Positions 27,190 through 36,673 of a stretch of DNA of 64,000 nt are shown here, piece after piece; position 1 is the stretch's first letter, and every line of letters starts with the position of its first letter. The translations under genes were made by a program, and so were the position numbers. Under the pieces are notes generated by a model. That model did not search any database. It worked only from the letters and a program-made list of their open reading frames with translations, and was not told the origin of the DNA. The stretch comes from Klebsiella phage ZCKP1: sequence record MH252123.1; one strand, written 5' to 3'.

Positions 27190-28304
27190 TCTGCCTCCTG
27201 TTGCGAGATGTATGACTGAAGCATACTCTCAAATGTTGTATCGTCATTATCCCAGCGTTTCATGTATACCAACTGGAAAATTGTTTCTATCCATTCATCT
27301 GTTGTCATATGGACTTCTTCTCCATCCCAAGAAGTAAAATTAACACCATCTGGGAACCATGAGTAGTAAGTATCTTTAACTGTTTGGAAAAGTTCTGCTT
27401 GAGTTTTACAAGCTGAAAGAAGATTAAAACAAGTAATATCTCCGAACTTAATATCAAAATCTTGATAAGGTCGGATACTATCTGTTTTATCTCCCATTAG
27501 CATCTGATATGCTAACCAGTAACTGCCCCAACCTTTAACTTCTTTCTTTTTACCTTTATCTACGATCCATATATCGCCAATAGACTCGTCAATAAGAATT
27601 ATATCTGGATTTTTAAATACTCCATCCTCTTTGTAGAAATTAAAAAGGATACTAGGAGTATGTAAACTATCTTTATCTATAGATACAACGATATAAGAAA
27701 ATTTACCCGTCCTTTTATAATCTTTATAACCTTGGAAACCATACTTCTCTAACTCATCATCAGCTTCTATTACAGTAACAACATCACCATTGTGGAACTC
27801 CACAAGATAATCTTTGGTTTCTGAAAGCTGAAGTGGTTTGATATCTAATCGTTCAGATTTATATTCTACAGGCATTTTGAAGGCGTGTCTGAAAGTTTTT
27901 CCTACGCCAATAACTCCGCAATATTTTTCTAAACGTAGATGTTTTAGAATACCTAAGACTTTTGTTTTAGCTGCTTGGAAGGTGTGTCCGATATCTTCTG
28001 GCGGGTATTGCTTATCAATGATTTCGAACTCTTCCTTTGTGAAGGGACGTTTGTTTTTGGAGGCTCTTTCTGCATTTGTATCTCCTAGCCAACCTCCAAT
28101 TTTAGTCTTGCTTTTACCCCAAAACTCTGTCTTATTTTTAAATTCCTTTTGAGCACCTGAAGGTATGTGCTTCGCAATGATTGTTCTTTTCTCTAATGCA
28201 GACGCTGCTTGGAAAGCGATCTGATCATAATCAATTGCAGCTATTGTTTCTTCGTTGACATATAAATGAAGATCTTCAGGTTTAATTAAAATATAACCGC
28301 TAAT
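27186..28304 (-). CDS. rnh: 5'-3' exonuclease / flap endonuclease (T4 RNase H-like); non-canonical start inferred
   Basis: ETIAAIDYDQIAFQAAS ~ T4 GICLIDFSQIALSTAL; VVSIDKD, ILIDESIGDIWIV and YQMLMGDKTDSIRPY match FEN motifs; no ATG/GTG/TTG in the upstream 143 in-frame codons; SD AGGGGGA followed by ATT at 28302-28304. Confidence 0.6.
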   Translation of the reverse strand: MSGYILIKPEDLHLYVNEETIAAIDYDQIAFQAASALEKRTIIAKHIPSGAQKEFKNKTEFWGKSKTKIGGWLGDTNAERASKNKRPFTKEEFEIIDKQYPPEDIGHTFQAAKTKVLGILKHLRLEKYCGVIGVGKTFRHAFKMPVEYKSERLDIKPLQLSETKDYLVEFHNGDVVTVIEADDELEKYGFQGYKDYKRTGKFSYIVVSIDKDSLHTPSILFNFYKEDGVFKNPDIILIDESIGDIWIVDKGKKKEVKGWGSYWLAYQMLMGDKTDSIRPYQDFDIKFGDITCFNLLSACKTQAELFQTVKDTYYSWFPDGVNFTSWDGEEVHMTTDEWIETIFQLVYMKRWDNDDTTFESMLQSYISQQEAE

Positions 28305-28316
28305 ATTTCCCCCTAA

Positions 28317-28526
28317 TTATTCATCGTCATCCTCTGTTGAGAATGTTTTAGTATACGGACATTGACGACTTTTCGGGATTGCTATAACTTCATCTTGGTT
28401 AGCGTTAGAATAGTAGCAATATTTTGTATTGCCATTAACTTCAGAATCAGACAAGATTAAAGTAATTTGACCTGCTGCTACTGTGAAACTAAAAGCTAAA
28501 AGAATGACTGTCAGAATCTTTTTCAT
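28317..28526 (-). CDS. small secreted protein (signal peptide, 69 aa)
   Basis: RBS TTAGGAGGCGTT ATG; hydrophobic N-terminus KKILTVILLAFSFTVAAG. Confidence 0.55.
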   Translation of the reverse strand: MKKILTVILLAFSFTVAAGQITLILSDSEVNGNTKYCYYSNANQDEVIAIPKSRQCPYTKTFSTEDDDE

Positions 28527-28598
28527 AACGCCTCCTAAAAAGCCTACCTCATTAAGTAGGTAGGCATAATATCATAACTAATCCCGCAAGTCAAGAAC

Positions 28599-29477
28599 TT
28601 ATTTAAGGATTGTTGCTTTGGTTAAATCTTCCATCAGACCTCGAATCTCATTGAAGCACAGAAGGACTGAAGCTTCAATACTGCCTTCTTCGTCTGCAAA
28701 ATATTTCGGAAAACGTAGTTTAGAAAGTTTAAACTCTTTATCCACTACAAAATCTACAACACCGTCATATTCAAGACCGATTGCAACAACATCTTTACCA
28801 TCTTCTTTTAGTTCGACAGCTTTAGACTCGTATAGGGATTCTTTACTCCAAACAACAACGCCCTCGCTATCCTCCATTTTGATATAATTTCCGAGAGTAA
28901 TACGATCTGCTTCGTGATTCTCCAGCAATTCACCAAAACCTTTTACAATAGCTTCTTCATGCACACTAAAACCTACCGAAGGGAAAGTCCCCAGAACGGA
29001 ACGGAGGAAAGAAGTAATCTCTTCTGCAACCTTTTTACTTCCATTAAGAACATAAAGAAGATTCGTAGTTTTATCCAAGACAACATAGTTAAAGAAATCT
29101 TCAGGTTCTGTTTCAGGCAATAGTGCAAATTCAATATCTTCCTTCATTGCTTTGACTACTTCTTTATCGACATAAAACTCTTTACCTTCGCTCTCCATGT
29201 CCTGACGCATTTCTTCTAGACGTTCATTCAAAATACGTTTAACTTTCTTTTTATCTACCTTCTTCACAGATTGACCTACATTAAGCAGTTCAAGATCTGA
29301 AAACTCTTTTACAAATTTAGAGTCATCTTCGAAACGAACAAGACCGATAGTGTGTGACTGGGAGCCTTCTGCTGTTACAAATTCCAGAGGAATATCTGTA
29401 ATGCTGTTAATGGATGCTACAGAAGCATTGTCACCAACAACCATAGGCAGAGCGGATTTAAAAGATTTTACAAACAT
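28599..29477 (-). CDS. rdgC: RdgC-like recombination-associated protein
   Basis: ALLPETEPEDFFNYVVLDKTTNLLYVLNGSKKVAEEITSFLRSVLGTFP parallels E. coli RdgC LLPRAF...[30 protein letters not shown]. Confidence 0.5.
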   Translation of the reverse strand: MFVKSFKSALPMVVGDNASVASINSITDIPLEFVTAEGSQSHTIGLVRFEDDSKFVKEFSDLELLNVGQSVKKVDKKKVKRILNERLEEMRQDMESEGKEFYVDKEVVKAMKEDIEFALLPETEPEDFFNYVVLDKTTNLLYVLNGSKKVAEEITSFLRSVLGTFPSVGFSVHEEAIVKGFGELLENHEADRITLGNYIKMEDSEGVVVWSKESLYESKAVELKEDGKDVVAIGLEYDGVVDFVVDKEFKLSKLRFPKYFADEEGSIEASVLLCFNEIRGLMEDLTKATILK

Positions 29478-29533
29478 GTTTCCTCCTATTTAATACATCT
29501 CACATTACCGCCCGTAAAGGGCGGCTTACAACA

Positions 29534-30259
29534 TTACTTGTTAATAATACCTGCAATATTAGGTTTAATGAAACCTGACCACTTCATGATCTTACCTTTA
29601 TCATCAAAGAACACATACACTTTCTGTTTTTCATTATAAACCGCATGAACACCAGTGTATGCCCCTTCTGGACGATTGGCATTTCGTTCTTCAATTGCAG
29701 CGCATTCTTGTGCAATGGCTGAATCAATATCTGAAGTTTTCCAAGTTTTCAGCAACTGTTGTTTAGTTGGATACTTGGAATCATTACTTTTTAATACCTC
29801 TTTAATAACTTTCTTTTCTGGATATTTTGAACGGATTAGAGTGTCACGAGACATACGCATAATACCAGCAGCCATTAGTGCCATTTGAACTGGCTCTGTA
29901 AATGTTTGTTCCAAAGCATCAAAATCAGTATACACAGTTGGAGTAAAAACATCGCCTACAGCATAGTCCAAGAAATTCATCGTATGTTCTTCACCAAAGA
30001 ACATGTAAGTCAGATAACTTGATACTACAAAAATATCCGCTGCTGCATCCAAGAGTTCTACATGATCGTTTACTTTCGCGGCTGTTTCATACTCTTTAAG
30101 CTCTTCACGAACGAAGCCGATTTGGGACATAAATAGCTCTTGAGTGAATTCCGGTTGTTCACCACCTCGTGCTTTGGCATTCCAATCAATCACGTGCTTT
30201 GCTGCATTTTTGAAAAATTCAGTATCGAATTTAATATCTTTAAAAAAATTCTCGATCAT
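29534..30259 (-). CDS. MazG-like all-alpha NTP pyrophosphohydrolase
   Basis: REELKEYETAAKVNDHVELLDAAADIFVV matches the ExxE...ExxD MazG motif. Confidence 0.5.
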   Translation of the reverse strand: MIENFFKDIKFDTEFFKNAAKHVIDWNAKARGGEQPEFTQELFMSQIGFVREELKEYETAAKVNDHVELLDAAADIFVVSSYLTYMFFGEEHTMNFLDYAVGDVFTPTVYTDFDALEQTFTEPVQMALMAAGIMRMSRDTLIRSKYPEKKVIKEVLKSNDSKYPTKQQLLKTWKTSDIDSAIAQECAAIEERNANRPEGAYTGVHAVYNEKQKVYVFFDDKGKIMKWSGFIKPNIAGIINK

Positions 30260-30268
30260 TATAACTCC

Positions 30269-30523
30269 TTATTTAAAATAGCTTTCTAGAAAGTTGCTAA
30301 TATTTGCTACAGACTCACCCATGTAAATCCCTGCGAAACCGAAAACAAGCATACGTGGAATATTGAAATACCATTTATCCGCCGGAAAAGATGCCAGAAT
30401 TATAATAGCAATTGCTATCAACATCATAATAATTGTTGCTAAAATTATCATAAAAATGCCTCCAGGTATTTTGCACAATGATAAGCTAAGAACATTTTTC
30501 CTCCTTATTCTGCTGGTTCCCAA
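30269..30523 (-). CDS. small membrane protein (2 TM segments)
   Basis: IILATIIMMLIAIAIIILA hydrophobic span. Confidence 0.45.
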   Translation of the reverse strand: MGTSRIRRKNVLSLSLCKIPGGIFMIILATIIMMLIAIAIIILASFPADKWYFNIPRMLVFGFAGIYMGESVANISNFLESYFK

Positions 30524-31632
30524 GTGCCTGGGATCATTTCTCGAATACGAACACCAACAGGTTTTGTTGGAATACCTTCATCTGAAAATTCTTCATACTC
30601 TATTTCAACGAACTGATTAATCAAGGTAGAAGCATTCTCTGCTTTACGATAATTGATAGTCTCATGAGCATCTTTACGCATTAAGAATTCGACTACTTTA
30701 CCATTTTCCATCTCACCTGTCAACACTCCATCGCCATTTTTATCACTTTTTGAATTTATTACTTTAACTTCAAGCGTATGACGAGGCTTACGTTTAATAA
30801 CGTCATAAGAACGTTTATCAAATTCGTAAACTCCGTGAGCATTACGATATACTACACCTTCAGCTTTCTCAAGTAAAGCTTTTTCATAGAAAGCATCAAA
30901 CTGTTCTTGGTTTTCAATATACTCTGTATGAACTACGCAAATAAGCTCGTCAAGACCATAATCTTCAACTACTGCCTTAAGAGTAGCAAGAACATCAACA
31001 CGTTTTTCAAACGGTAGATCTGGAACTGGAATATCATATACGTAATAATTCAGCAAAGGTGTATTTGCATTATGCTTCTTCCAGGCACTGTTAATTTGTT
31101 GCAGACTAAGGACACCTAACCCAGCAAACACTTCACCATCAAGAGGATGACCAACAACTTCACTAATAAAGTTTGGAATACCTTTCCAATGAGGTGGCAG
31201 GTTATACACTTCCCCAGCTTTTGATAAACACTCCCCTTTCATGTTAATCATAGAACGTAACCCGTTCAGTTTGTATTGTGCATAACCAGGGAACACAACC
31301 CTTTCAGGATAATCTTTATAATCCTGGCATTTCATTGGTGTAGAAGGAACATGGTTTTCAGCTTCTTCTTTTGTTTTATAATAGCCATTCTTTAACTGTT
31401 TTGTCCATTTGGCAAAAGCTTCAAGTTCAGCTTGTTCTTCTGGTGTTGTTTCATTGGAACGACCGATGTTTTTTGCTTCTGCTGTATAAGATTTTTCTGT
31501 GATTTTTCCACCTACCCTTCCATGAGCTACAGTAACAACTGCACCATCTGTATACACTGTCCACTGTTTAAGTTTTCCTTTTGAATCTTTACCATACAGC
31601 GTTTGATTTGTTTGTTGCATTAGTCCTCCCAT
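30505..31632 (-). CDS. ATP-dependent DNA ligase (T4 gp30-like) with Asn in motif I (KLNGLR)
   Basis: FPGYAQYKLNGLRSMI ~ T4 FPAFAQLKADGARCFA; EGVVYRNAHG (motif IV); VIKRK (motif V). Confidence 0.7.
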   Translation of the reverse strand: MGGLMQQTNQTLYGKDSKGKLKQWTVYTDGAVVTVAHGRVGGKITEKSYTAEAKNIGRSNETTPEEQAELEAFAKWTKQLKNGYYKTKEEAENHVPSTPMKCQDYKDYPERVVFPGYAQYKLNGLRSMINMKGECLSKAGEVYNLPPHWKGIPNFISEVVGHPLDGEVFAGLGVLSLQQINSAWKKHNANTPLLNYYVYDIPVPDLPFEKRVDVLATLKAVVEDYGLDELICVVHTEYIENQEQFDAFYEKALLEKAEGVVYRNAHGVYEFDKRSYDVIKRKPRHTLEVKVINSKSDKNGDGVLTGEMENGKVVEFLMRKDAHETINYRKAENASTLINQFVEIEYEEFSDEGIPTKPVGVRIREMIPGTWEPAE

Positions 31633-31841
31633 TTAAAAACTGAAATTTTCAATCTGTTACACACTTCATCCAAATCTGCGTCGAGTAACGTTGTAGATGT
31701 TGCCAACATATAATCAATGCTTGTGAAACCTTGCCCTTTGGCATAGTCAAGCATATCTTCATACATATCTTCAAGATCACCGTCATCAAAAGTAGCTAGA
31801 AAATCCTCGTCCCCGCTACGAACATAAAATGCAGTACTCAT
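31620..31841 (-). CDS. hypothetical acidic protein (73 aa)
   Basis: ORF. Confidence 0.4.
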   Translation of the reverse strand: MSTAFYVRSGDEDFLATFDDGDLEDMYEDMLDYAKGQGFTSIDYMLATSTTLLDADLDEVCNRLKISVFKWED

Positions 31842-32029
31842 TCATCTTCATCCCAAGATTCAAAAACGCAGCAATCGTCGGTTTCTATAATACCAACACG
31901 TCCGCAGGTATTGCAAGTGATTTTATCACCGTAGAATAAATAATTTTTATCACCCTCTGTGTTTACAGTTATGTCATTACTACCACAAGGGCAAGTCAGC
32001 CAACCAACAACAACGATATCTTTTTTCAT
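31838..32029 (-). CDS. small zinc-ribbon protein (CPCG...CNTCG)
   Basis: two Cys pairs. Confidence 0.45.
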   Translation of the reverse strand: MKKDIVVVGWLTCPCGSNDITVNTEGDKNYLFYGDKITCNTCGRVGIIETDDCCVFESWDEDE

Positions 32030-32038
32030 AATCCCTCC

Positions 32039-32365
32039 TTAAGCGTTCAGTTCGTTGTTGAGTTCGTAAATCTCTTCTTGAAGAGCATCAATCTCTTCCT
32101 CCAAACGGGAGATCTCTTCTTTTAGATATACCATTTCTGATTCTTTCTCTTCTAATTCATTTTCAAATTTTACTTTATTCGCCTCATTTTCATAATGCAG
32201 TTCAGCGTAATCCTCACGCATTTGTTCAATAAGATGAATCAGAGATAAGATATAGTTATCCCCAGTTTCATCTCGCCACTCTTCCCCGTGGCGCAAGATT
32301 GTGATTCGTCCAGTGTTTTCATCTAAAATTGTCTCATATTTACGATCATCTGTATAAATCTGCAT
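32039..32365 (-). CDS. coiled-coil hypothetical protein (108 aa)
   Basis: heptad-rich EEI/LQEE segment. Confidence 0.45.
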   Translation of the reverse strand: MQIYTDDRKYETILDENTGRITILRHGEEWRDETGDNYILSLIHLIEQMREDYAELHYENEANKVKFENELEEKESEMVYLKEEISRLEEEIDALQEEIYELNNELNA

Positions 32366-32374
32366 TATTACTCC

Positions 32375-32779
32375 TTATTGAAGTTTAAGTGAACCACGAA
32401 GACGTTTCTCTTGCTGATCACGAATATATTGTGGAACCTCGTGAATTGAATCATTACCGTGCCTATTTTCAACAACTAAAGAGATAACTTGATAACCAAA
32501 CTCTTCAGCAAGAGTTAGATAAGGTTTAAGTTCTTTCTCTGTGGTTGAAGTGTTAGAAACAATAATCTTGTTAAGATTAGATGCCATAGCATCACGAACA
32601 ATACTCTGACACCATGCGTGTGCTTTACCTACATTTTCTGGCTTCCAATCGTAAACACCACTTTCTGTGTAATGATATTGATCTGCCTCACAGATAGGCC
32701 AATAACCTTCAGAAATAATTTCTGCTACCGTAGATTTACCAGCACCTGAAACGCCACGTAAAATGATAAGTTGTTTCAT
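32375..32779 (-). CDS. pnk: polynucleotide 5'-kinase domain protein (T4 Pnk kinase-domain homolog)
   Basis: IILRGVSGAGKST P-loop; IIVSNTSTTEKELKPYLTLAEEFGYQVI ~ T4 Pnk [27 protein letters not shown]. Confidence 0.7.
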   Translation of the reverse strand: MKQLIILRGVSGAGKSTVAEIISEGYWPICEADQYHYTESGVYDWKPENVGKAHAWCQSIVRDAMASNLNKIIVSNTSTTEKELKPYLTLAEEFGYQVISLVVENRHGNDSIHEVPQYIRDQQEKRLRGSLKLQ

Positions 32780-33712
32780 TTATCCTCCAAAGAAGTTTTC
32801 GATTTTTTCACGTCGCTCCTGCTGATTTAAAGCAGCCCATTGAGTCTTCGTAAAATTATTTCGAATCCATTCTAACAAAGCGTAATATTCTTCGTCAACA
32901 ATTTGTTTGGCATTTTTTGGATTATCCCAAATCAGATCCCACTTTTTATCTCCACCACGCATAAGAAACTTCTTAGTAAGATAGTGTGGTGATTTAATTT
33001 TTAAAAGTAAGTTGAACGGATAGTTTGTTTCACGAACTACAAACCCTTCGTGTTTACAATGTTTAGACATTTCAACAACATCTGAAAACTTAACCATTGG
33101 ATGAACTTCAGGACGCTTAAATTTGGTGACAGAAGCAATTCCATCAAGAGCACTTTCAGGTAACATAAAACTTGTCCCATCAGGATTTTGAATTCTGGCA
33201 CCAATTAAGTATGCACCTGGTTCTTCTTCGACAATATGCGGATCAGAAGGATCACAGATTTCAAACAGGAAAGTTGCTTTTGCACTCTCTGCCCATTTGA
33301 TGAAATGTTCTATGTCATCGCACTCTGAAACAATACGATTCTTTGCAATACTTGCAAAATCTGATTCAAGGCTTCCTGTTGTCGATACAATAAGTTGACC
33401 TTTATATACACCTACAGAGGCCATAAAACCATTTACTTTACGAACCACATCTACAAGTTCATCCGCTGGTAGATCTGTGTCATTCTCAAAACGATTAAAA
33501 ATCTTAGTGAAAGGCCAAATAACAACATTGTCATCAGCATCAACAACGATTCCGCGACATTCTAGAAGACGAGAATCAATGTTCCATAGGTTATCCCAGA
33601 AAACTTTGTTCTTATACTTAAGAACAGATAGACCAGAATACTCTCCTTCTTTATATGTTTTCTTATGAACTAAACCTTTTTCAACCAAATCGTCGCAATT
33701 AAATTTAGTCAC
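32780..33712 (-). CDS. rnlA: RNA ligase 1 (T4 RnlA-like) with KVNGFM motif I
   Basis: LLECRGIVVDADDNVV ~ T4 Rnl1 ALECRGIMFEMDGEKPV; motif I KVNGFM, motif IV HEGFVV, motif V LLKIK. Confidence 0.8.
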   Translation of the reverse strand: MTKFNCDDLVEKGLVHKKTYKEGEYSGLSVLKYKNKVFWDNLWNIDSRLLECRGIVVDADDNVVIWPFTKIFNRFENDTDLPADELVDVVRKVNGFMASVGVYKGQLIVSTTGSLESDFASIAKNRIVSECDDIEHFIKWAESAKATFLFEICDPSDPHIVEEEPGAYLIGARIQNPDGTSFMLPESALDGIASVTKFKRPEVHPMVKFSDVVEMSKHCKHEGFVVRETNYPFNLLLKIKSPHYLTKKFLMRGGDKKWDLIWDNPKNAKQIVDEEYYALLEWIRNNFTKTQWAALNQQERREKIENFFGG

Positions 33713-33713
33713 A

Positions 33714-34265
33714 TTACTCTCCTTTGATTATTTTGTGATGGTCTACAGTTACGATATCTCGTTTACTCATCATAGAAATTATCTCATCAAAATGTAAGAT
33801 TTTTCCGTGTGCATCCCAACCCACATCTAACATTTTACCATAAGCTTCATCAGGGAAAGATCCGTGGGAATGCCCGTGTAGCATGATTGATCCACGACCT
33901 TGTTTATTCCAGGAGGCAATAGGGTAATGGCTTAAGACGAAGAACAGCTTCTGGTATTTCACTTCGTCATAATACACCACTTCGCCATACTCTGCAAGCA
34001 CTTCTCGGTGCTTGCTGTAATCATGGTTCCCAACAAGATAAGTGATATCTCCTTGCAGACGGGAAGCAATCTTACGGGTATCTTCTTCAGTCCCGAAACA
34101 GAAGTCGCCCAAATGCCACATCTTAACACCAGGAGTAGTAGCGCATTTATTCCATGCTTCGATCAGTGCTTCTGTCATGTGGTCCATATCTTCCCACGGT
34201 CGATATTCAGGAGCAAACTCTCGTATACGTTTGTGCATAAAATGCAAATCACTTGTAATAAACAT
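33714..34265 (-). CDS. calcineurin-like metallophosphoesterase (candidate RNA 3'-phosphatase of the repair cassette)
   Basis: SDLHF, HLGDF and GNHD metallophosphatase motifs. Confidence 0.7.
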   Translation of the reverse strand: MFITSDLHFMHKRIREFAPEYRPWEDMDHMTEALIEAWNKCATTPGVKMWHLGDFCFGTEEDTRKIASRLQGDITYLVGNHDYSKHREVLAEYGEVVYYDEVKYQKLFFVLSHYPIASWNKQGRGSIMLHGHSHGSFPDEAYGKMLDVGWDAHGKILHFDEIISMMSKRDIVTVDHHKIIKGE

Positions 34266-34621
34266 TAGTATAATCCCTCGCTAAATAGGTCACGATCATG
34301 ACCATTACGTTCGTAGTCAATCTGGTCTGCGTGTTTTGCAATAATGTATGCATCTTCACGACTCCACCAATTGTAGTATTGATCAATAAAACCTTGATTG
34401 TTTGGAAGACAATGCACTTTATCAAGCACACCTGCTTCTTTCAATACATTCAATTGTGCAGATAATACAGGATTTGCATGTCGAACACAAGGAATAATTA
34501 ACTCTTCACCATTATTCAAAATATACTTATTCGCAGCACAGACGATAACACGTTGCGCATAATGGCCCTCACCAATCCAGGTAAGAGGTTGGTAACAAAT
34601 GTTCTGATCAATACTACTCAT
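34265..34621 (-). CDS. hypothetical protein (118 aa)
   Basis: ORF coupled to the phosphoesterase gene. Confidence 0.45.
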   Translation of the reverse strand: MSSIDQNICYQPLTWIGEGHYAQRVIVCAANKYILNNGEELIIPCVRHANPVLSAQLNVLKEAGVLDKVHCLPNNQGFIDQYYNWWSREDAYIIAKHADQIDYERNGHDRDLFSEGLY

Positions 34622-34632
34622 TAAGTTTCTCC

Positions 34633-34989
34633 TTAATAGTGCACACGAATCATTTTAATACCATAACGCAGCATGGATTCTTTTGCAAGCATGAATTTAT
34701 CCCCAGCGGCGGGATTAGAAGTATGCACGAAAATGGTAGGTGAACCAAAGCAAGGTTTACCAAACGCCAGAAGTTCTTCCAGGCACAGGAAAACATCATA
34801 CCCATCTTGGTCAGAATCTTCACCCAAATCGTTGTCAAAATGCCACTCATCTACAAAACGATAACCCTTCTGCACCTCATTCATGTAGCGAGAGGCAAGA
34901 AGTTCCTGTGATGTTTTAAACCAGATTGCATCTGGACAACCATAATCTTTTGGATCACGTAAATCGTCAAGCCAAATAATAGTACCCAT
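34633..34989 (-). CDS. hypothetical protein (118 aa)
   Basis: ORF. Confidence 0.45.
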   Translation of the reverse strand: MGTIIWLDDLRDPKDYGCPDAIWFKTSQELLASRYMNEVQKGYRFVDEWHFDNDLGEDSDQDGYDVFLCLEELLAFGKPCFGSPTIFVHTSNPAAGDKFMLAKESMLRYGIKMIRVHY

Positions 34990-34999
34990 ATAACCTCCT

Positions 35000-35470
35000 C
35001 TAAGCTGGCATGATTAAAAAAGAACTCTCCACTTCAAAATGCCAATCATCTACAAGCCCTGATTCCCAATCCTTCTCTTCATGGAAAGAGCAAATCCAAC
35101 GGTACATACCTGGCGGTGTATTCTCAACATCTTCTGGCAACCCGTAATCCAAAGCTGTCAAACCGTTCTCTGTAAAACTAGGATGGAGATTAGGAGCTTT
35201 CAATACAGAAACCCTGCCTCCAACATCTACAGCCACAATCCACTCTGTCATGTATGGGCTGTCATATTGAGGTTCATCAGAACCTACCTCAACAGCCTCT
35301 GTGCGTAAGATGATAATAGCCTGCTCTGTGATTGGGGCTTTGACAATATACCCGTGATCCTCAAAAAGATCGATAACCTCAAACTCATCGCCGTTTTCGA
35401 CACCATAACTCTTATTCAAAGAGATAAACTTCGGGTTATCGTCGTAAGCTTTAGTTACTTTAATTCTCAT
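35000..35470 (-). CDS. hypothetical protein (156 aa)
   Basis: ORF. Confidence 0.45.
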   Translation of the reverse strand: MRIKVTKAYDDNPKFISLNKSYGVENGDEFEVIDLFEDHGYIVKAPITEQAIIILRTEAVEVGSDEPQYDSPYMTEWIVAVDVGGRVSVLKAPNLHPSFTENGLTALDYGLPEDVENTPPGMYRWICSFHEEKDWESGLVDDWHFEVESSFLIMPA

Positions 35471-35691
35471 TTTTCCTCCTTCACTTTAACCTCAAATTCT
35501 ACAGGCTTACCCTCAATGTAAAAACAATGATACTCTGCCTTATCATCCTCATAACGAGGCCAAGTTACCAAGGAGTTATAGCAATCTTCTGGTGCTTTGA
35601 AGATGGTTTTAGTCTCCACAGTAACATTCCCATTAAGTGTTGCCAATACCACCCACCCAGCTACAGTGATCATAGTGCCTCCACTTTCCAA
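35467..35691 (-). CDS. hypothetical protein (74 aa)
   Basis: ORF. Confidence 0.4.
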   Translation of the reverse strand: MESGGTMITVAGWVVLATLNGNVTVETKTIFKAPEDCYNSLVTWPRYEDDKAEYHCFYIEGKPVEFEVKVKEEK

Positions 35692-35848
35692 GTTTTACCA
35701 TTATCAACCAAGGTCTTTGCTACAGCATACTCCTTCCCATTAACAAGGAAACAATAAACGATAAAAGATTTCCCTATTGTTACTGTCCTAGTAACCTCTA
35801 CGCGTTTAACACCTTGCATGTATTTTGCCTTACCGGAATAGAGTAAAA

Positions 35849-36130
35849 TCATTTTGCATTCCTCTTGTTGTTGATAACATCCATAGCAGTATATGGTTTA
35901 TTAGTGCCATGATACTCCAGAATCATTGGAGAGCCTTCTTGCACTACTTCAAAGATACCATAAACAGAACTTTCAGCAAATACCATTTGCTTCGTGCCTT
36001 CATCGTTTACAACGAGAGAAAACTTCTTGCCTGTCCCGTTGAGGATCTCGTATTTCTTGCCAGCAGTGAATAATCCAGAGTACCACTCATTATCTGTTGC
36101 TTTTACACACTTCAGGAAAGTCTTGATCAT
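35849..36130 (-). CDS. hypothetical protein (93 aa)
   Basis: ORF. Confidence 0.4.
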   Translation of the reverse strand: MIKTFLKCVKATDNEWYSGLFTAGKKYEILNGTGKKFSLVVNDEGTKQMVFAESSVYGIFEVVQEGSPMILEYHGTNKPYTAMDVINNKRNAK

Positions 36131-36480
36131 TTCTTTTTGCTCCTCTTTTTAGATTTCTCATACAAACCTAACACAGCCGCTTCTTTTGCACAAGTAGGAA
36201 CTGAAGTCATTCCTCTTCTTTTTGCTTCTGGAAGATTGAGTGTCCACCATCCGAACCAATAAATTTGGTCTGCCGTGAGTGGTTCAGCCATTGGATCTGC
36301 CTCCTGCTCCTCAAGACGTTGCAACGCTTCTTCAATCTTCTCGATTGGTGTGTCAAAGACGAATGCCTCCGTATCAAATTTATCTTTCTTAGGAACTGAT
36401 TTGGCTACTTTGAGAACCTCGTTTTTCGGTTTCTTAGTAACGTTCTTTGGCTTTGATAACTTCTTCGGTGTTTTCGCCAC
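36127..36480 (-). CDS. lysine-rich (histone-like termini) protein, probable nucleic-acid binder
   Basis: AKTPKKLSKPKNVTKKPK N-terminus and KKRSKKK C-terminus. Confidence 0.45.
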   Translation of the reverse strand: MAKTPKKLSKPKNVTKKPKNEVLKVAKSVPKKDKFDTEAFVFDTPIEKIEEALQRLEEQEADPMAEPLTADQIYWFGWWTLNLPEAKRRGMTSVPTCAKEAAVLGLYEKSKKRSKKK

Positions 36481-36673
36481 TTACTACCTCCATACGATCT
36501 AAAAAGTCATTCACAAATCTCCAGTAACGTTGACCTGTTCTAAGATCTTCATAGATAACTACAGGATCAAACACTTTAGATATTCCGGCAGGTTTTGGAA
36601 ATTCCACTACCGTATATAAACCACCTTTTGCTACACAAGAATAGGTTACGCCTGTAATTGGATAGTTGCTCAT
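36434..36673 (-). CDS. hypothetical protein (79 aa)
   Basis: ORF. Confidence 0.4.
   Translation of the reverse strand: MSNYPITGVTYSCVAKGGLYTVVEFPKPAGISKVFDPVVIYEDLRTGQRYWRFVNDFLDRMEVVSGENTEEVIKAKERY

Noticed and set aside
28317-28319. Suppressor-tRNA read-through of the in-frame TAA joining the signal-peptide ORF to RNase H
   Set aside because: None of the tRNAs I could fold carries a TTA anticodon, and a signal peptide fused to a nuclease makes no functional sense; non-canonical initiation downstream is more plausible.
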